From: Zymomonas mobilis subsp. mobilis ATCC 10988
GTDB taxonomy: Bacteria > Pseudomonadota > Alphaproteobacteria > Sphingomonadales > Sphingomonadaceae
Length of the DNA stretch: 18,461 bases
Direction: 5' to 3'
NCBI RefSeq assembly: GCF_000175255.2
Contig: NC_017184.1
Location: 1 to 18,461 of the forward strand
Shown here: positions 15,166 to 18,461 of the stretch, piece after piece
Position numbering within the stretch: the stretch's first letter is position 1
Layout: each line of letters starts with the position of its first letter
Translations under genes and position numbers: made by a program
The notes under the pieces: model-generated
What the model saw: only the letters and a program-made list of their open reading frames with translations
Told to the model about the DNA's origin: nothing
Databases searched by the model: none

Positions 15166-15552
15166 CTATTTTGGTTTTGCTGGAATAATATTCCTTAGCT
15201 GATCGAGTAGGTCGGATATCTCGTCTTGACGGCTTAGTATTTTGTGAAGAGCTGATCGGACATCTGCCTCCGAAACAGCCTCACCTGGAGCGTCTACTAG
15301 ACACATTTTCAATAACCCACCTAGTCGGCCAAGATCCCCCCGGAGATAAGCGACTTGCAAAAAGGTGTCTTGTTCAATTCGGCTAGGCGGATTGTGACCC
15401 AGTGCTAATTCTCGAAGAAGGGTTGATACTGGCAAGCGAACTTTTTCTGCTGTCCTCTTAATCTGATCGTATTCCTCTATAGTCATTCTGACTGGAACAG
15501 ATTTCTGCGCCCTCGGTCCGACATTTTTATTCCATTGTTTTTCAATTTTCAT
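15166..15552 (-). CDS. traJ: RP4 TraJ-like oriT-binding relaxosome accessory protein (MobC-superfamily RHH)
   Basis: The product from ATG 15552 contains VPVRMTIEEYDQIKRTAEKVRLPVSTLLRELALG (RHH) and YLRGDLGRLGGLLKMCLVDAPGE. As I remember it, the latter closely matches RP4 TraJ ..INGDLGRLGGLLKLWLTDDP... The track start (TTG 15618) lies inside the oriT-like palindrome. Confidence 0.75.
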   Translation of the reverse strand: MKIEKQWNKNVGPRAQKSVPVRMTIEEYDQIKRTAEKVRLPVSTLLRELALGHNPPSRIEQDTFLQVAYLRGDLGRLGGLLKMCLVDAPGEAVSEADVRSALHKILSRQDEISDLLDQLRNIIPAKPK

Positions 15553-15599
15553 CAGACGTGCCAGTCTTATTTCCGTTGAGCCGAAGGCGAATAAGGTTT

Positions 15600-15628
15600 G
15601 TTGCCGTATATACGGCAACCCATCTTGC
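15600..15628 (+). other. oriT-like site: 20-bp perfect palindrome plus IncP-type nick-region look-alike
   Basis: GTTGCCGTATATACGGCAAC (15600-15619) is followed by CCATCTTG/C. As I remember it, RP4 has a 19-bp inverted repeat followed by CTATCCTG/C, with nic 8 nt from the repeat, on the strand antisense to traJ and pointing away from it. The geometry here is the same. Confidence 0.5.
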
Positions 15629-15767
15629 CTTCAAAAGGGGAGAAATTTAGTTACATTTAGTTTCATTCTAGTTCAGCCTTTATTCTATGTAATTAAATGA
15701 ACTTAAGTGACCTTAATTAAAACTAAGTGTAACTAAATGAAGCAAAATCAAATAGGATAGGTTCAAA

Positions 15768-15950
15768 ATGGAGAGAAATCGGCGCGGCATGGTAAAAGTA
15801 AGATTTTTTGCCCGAAAAGATTTTATTTTTAGGAAATTAGAAAAAGGTTATTCCCGCCAGATGATCTTTGACGAGATCGGTAAAGAACTGGACTGCACCT
15901 ATGAATGGTTTTGCCGGTTAATAAAAAAGGTAGAGACAGGAACGCTATAA
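15768..15950 (+). CDS. Hypothetical small basic protein, divergent from traJ (positional equivalent of traK, no similarity recognised)
   Basis: 60-aa track ORF. A possible HTH is SRQMIFDEIGKELDCTYEWFCRLIKK. There is no clear SD. Confidence 0.4.
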   Translation: MERNRRGMVKVRFFARKDFIFRKLEKGYSRQMIFDEIGKELDCTYEWFCRLIKKVETGTL

Positions 15951-16049
15951 TTGACCGAGAAAAAAGGAAACTTTATTCCCCTTCCTAAACAAAATATGCG
16001 TTTAATCGTCCGTAAAGCAACATAGGAAGCCCTATACTTTCTTCGCCTA

Positions 16050-16071
16050 GCCTGTGAGCGAAGCGAACAGC
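16050..16071. repeat. 22-nt motif GCCTGTGAGCGAAGCGAACAGC downstream of rep2 (copy 2)
   Basis: See 7909-7930. Extended similarity covers CTTTCT(C/T)CGCC(A/T)AGCCTGTGAGCGAAGCGA(G/A)CAGC. Confidence 0.7.
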
Positions 16072-16111
16072 TTTCTGTCTTCTAAGTGTATTTGAAAGCT
16101 TTTGGGTATAA

Positions 16112-17236
16112 TTATGGCTTCATCTGTCGAGTTTTAATCAACAGCTGTGCTATTTCGTCTGGAGAAAGAGGCATCCAGCCGAGTTTTTTTCTTTTTTTGC
16201 GGTGTTGAAGGATAGCTGCGTTTTGATCTGTCCGAAATTTTCTAGCGTACAGAGCTAAAAGGAAAGGATCAGTTTGATCTTTTCGGGTTTTAGAGGTCTC
16301 CAGAGCGTTATTATATAAATAACTATAACTATATAGAGTATCAAAATTGAACTCTCGTAAAAATCCCGAATTTTGGGGTTTTTTCAAGGGTCGGTCAGGC
16401 GGTATTTTGCGCTCTTTTTTCTCCCCTTTTTCTGTCTCTCCCATGATCACTTCAGCAAACTCTTTTACGGGCAAACTTTCCAGCATTTCTTCCGTTGTTG
16501 CCGCCTCATTTTCTTGAGCATGAGAAAAGTCGTCGGGCAGGGGAATATGTCTGCGCTGCATGACATGCAAAAAGGCCTGTTTTGCTATTTCAGGCCAAGA
16601 GGCCGGAGATAAAAAGCCGTAAGCATTGCTGGTTTGCCTCCGCTGCGGGCGTGCATCTTCCTTTTTAATTCTGATTGATCGCCGTATCCAACGAAGGAAT
16701 CCTTGCTCTTTTAGCTGCCTCAATAATCGGACAACGGTCGCACGAGCAAAACCAACCTTTTCAGAAATCGTCTCAAGAGTCGGTTCTAAACGGCCTGTTC
16801 TAAAATCAGCCATCCGAAACAGCATCTTTAGCAAGCGAACCGCTTTATCACTTAAAGCCCGCGTTTTGATCGAATACTGATCGACAGCTTCAAGATAGGC
16901 ACCAATATGGTCTTTATTGATGGCTTTCCAAACGAGATGTTCACGTTCGCCCACTTCATAAGAATTTCTATGGACGGGGTCTAATGGCTTCAATCTGATT
17001 TCTGCGTGTTCCAGTGGGTCAAGAAATTTGGCTTGGGCGGTTTTATGGGCAATGTCTGCCGCAGATTCAGCATCTAAGCCGCTTTTTACGAGCTGACGAA
17101 AATAGTCATTCTCATCAAATTCAGGCTGTGGCGGTTGTTCGTTATAACTTCGGAAAACTAATTTATCCGTTGTTGCGCTAGTATCCTCTTGGGACTGAAG
17201 CTGCTGGATAAGATTAGAAGCACTTACTTTTGTCAT
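16112..17236 (-). CDS. Putative plasmid replication initiator, paralogue 2
   Basis: Colinear with rep1 but lacks its N-terminal roughly 100 aa and its E/K/Q-rich insertion. I place the start at ATG 17236, with GAGGA 7 nt upstream. The track start at 17272 is a GTG without an SD. Confidence 0.6.
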   Translation of the reverse strand: MTKVSASNLIQQLQSQEDTSATTDKLVFRSYNEQPPQPEFDENDYFRQLVKSGLDAESAADIAHKTAQAKFLDPLEHAEIRLKPLDPVHRNSYEVGEREHLVWKAINKDHIGAYLEAVDQYSIKTRALSDKAVRLLKMLFRMADFRTGRLEPTLETISEKVGFARATVVRLLRQLKEQGFLRWIRRSIRIKKEDARPQRRQTSNAYGFLSPASWPEIAKQAFLHVMQRRHIPLPDDFSHAQENEAATTEEMLESLPVKEFAEVIMGETEKGEKKERKIPPDRPLKKPQNSGFLREFNFDTLYSYSYLYNNALETSKTRKDQTDPFLLALYARKFRTDQNAAILQHRKKRKKLGWMPLSPDEIAQLLIKTRQMKP

Positions 17237-17382
17237 TTTCCTGTCCTCTCTATGGACAGGGCTAGATTTCACTACACAATTTTTTACCTCAATAGAGGCT
17301 TGCGTATTCCTGCAACAATCATTAGAATCAACATTGCTTTATGTTGTTATGTCGGTTCTAGTAACCGTTACATTTCGAAATC

Positions 17383-17420
17383 AAAACGTCCGGTTGTTGA
17401 AGCAACCGGACGTTTTTTTT
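17383..17420. terminator. Strong bidirectional rho-independent terminator between the dinJ-yafQ locus and rep2
   Basis: Perfect 12-bp stem AACGTCCGGTTG / CAACCGGACGTT with loop TTGAAG. It is followed by TTTTTTTT on the + strand and by TTTTGATTT on the minus strand. Confidence 0.8.
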
Positions 17421-17513
17421 GCCCTGAAAGCATTTCAAAACTGGTTAAAGATTTACGCTTATTTTTAACTATCAGACAAGAGCATTTTTAAAAATTAGAA
17501 GAAAAACCTATTT

Positions 17514-17788
17514 TTATCCGAATAATTCAAAATGAGATCCAATTCTCACTAGTTAAATTATCCACTCATCAGCTTTCCAATAAATTAAAAGCAAGGCAGA
17601 TCTAACATGATATTCCTAATAATTGCTCCCATTATCCGTTAAAGAATGATCTTTAAATCGGAGAGCAAGAAATTCATTCTTTGCAAGATTAATTATAATC
17701 GGGACAAAACATTTATCGAGAGATCTATCTGTTCTTTTCTCTTTTATAAGCTCGTCTAAATTGCAAAGTTTTCTCAATCTGCCGCATT
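17514..17788 (-). pseudogene. yafQ: yafQ/relE-type toxin pseudogene (premature stop plus frameshifts)
   Basis: The minus strand reads MRQIEKTLQFRRAYKREKNR* / DRSLDKCFVPIIINLAKNEFLALRFKDHSLTDNGSNY* / EYHVRSALLLIYWKADEWII* / LVRIGSHFELFG* across several frames. Together these rebuild a full-length YafQ-like protein (..QF.R.YK..., ..KDH.L.G..., ..H...LLIY..., R.GSH.ELF). The ATG overlaps the dinJ stop. Confidence 0.75.
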
Positions 17789-18037
17789 CAAAGTAGCCAT
17801 AAGAGATTGAATATCATCAAATTTTTTTAGTTTACCCGTTCGAGCCTCCAGCATTGCAGCAAGTGTTTTTTTGTTTGGAACCAAAGGTTCAAAGGGTAAC
17901 GCTTTTTCTTGAACAACTTTTGTAAGCATCATTCGGACGGCGTCCGATACAGTAAGGCCTATACTACCCAAGATCGCAGCAGCTTCCTGTTTTATTTGCC
18001 CATTAATCCGAGCTTGCACTAACTGATTAGCCGCCAT
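17774..18037 (-). CDS. dinJ: DinJ/RelB-family antitoxin (intact; cognate toxin is a pseudogene)
   Basis: MAANQLVQARINGQIKQEAAAILGSIGLTVSDAVRMMLTKVVQEKALPFEP has the DinJ signature. I prefer ATG 18037 to the track's TTG at 18061. Confidence 0.8.
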   Translation of the reverse strand: MAANQLVQARINGQIKQEAAAILGSIGLTVSDAVRMMLTKVVQEKALPFEPLVPNKKTLAAMLEARTGKLKKFDDIQSLMATLNAAD

Positions 18038-18101
18038 TTTTATTCCATTTTTGAATGACAAGATAATTCATAGTATCTGCTTTTAATGATTTTGAAAAGC
18101 G

Positions 18102-18327
18102 ATGTTTTTTCAGACCCGTTGTGTTCGCGATCAACCAAAGCCTGCGGTAAATTCAACCCTCTGTTTTGACGCGCGCTCTATTAACGCAGATATAGCCTAA
18201 ATCTTCCCAAATACAGCTTATAAAGCGGGTTATTTAATAGAATAAACCCGCCCCACTCAACGCATTTTGACGCAGCACTACCAATCTAAGCAACACGCTG
18301 GTTTTTAGCGAAATTGGACAGCTCAAT
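18102..18327 (+). repeat. Copy 3 (5'-truncated, most diverged) of the triplicated noncoding module
   Basis: See the 830-1118 feature. It starts at ATGTTTTTTCAGACCC. Here the module lies upstream of dinJ, which is on the opposite strand, rather than downstream of yafQ. Confidence 0.7.
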
Positions 18328-18461
18328 AGACATTTTATTAAGCAAAACGATTACAATATGATTTCAGATAGCTAACTTTAACCCACTATCTGGCACTCTA
18401 CTGGAAAGATAGAGAGTATGTTTTGTCTTACTTGGCTGTCATTATTTATCATGATAAATAA

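Overview
This window looks like plasmid-type accessory DNA: an AT-rich backbone carrying GC-richer insertions. The host is probably an alphaproteobacterium, inferred only from a GapR/DUF2312-like gene. No rRNA, tRNA or CRISPR array was seen.

Main content:
- Two paralogous putative replication-initiator genes (7979-9484 and 16112-17236, both minus strand).
- A type Ib parA/parG partition cassette with four copies of a 20-nt repeat that starts TGAATATTCA.
- An RP4/IncP-like traJ with an oriT-like site beside it, and no relaxase gene in the window.
- Two identical 847-bp IS5-family copies (IS427-group-like, two-frame transposase) in inverted orientation. They bracket the par cassette and a DUF1778/GNAT toxin-antitoxin (TA) pair.
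- Two older IS5-family transposase relics.
- A very high density of type II TA loci. Five look intact: an antitoxin-position ORF with Doc, DUF1778-GNAT, RelB-RelE, HicA-HicB and MazE-MazF. At least four are decayed (three dinJ/yafQ-type, one relB/relE-type). The toxin is broken at all four; the antitoxin survives at two, is also decayed at one and is absent at one.
- A noncoding module of about 230-290 bp that occurs three times, each time next to a dinJ/yafQ-type locus.

I did not find a clear-cut new multi-gene system. The best follow-up candidates are the relaxase-less traJ/oriT, the triplicated module, the rep leader structures with the GapR-like gene, and the IS-bracketed stability cassette. 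All family calls come from motif recognition by eye and need database confirmation.
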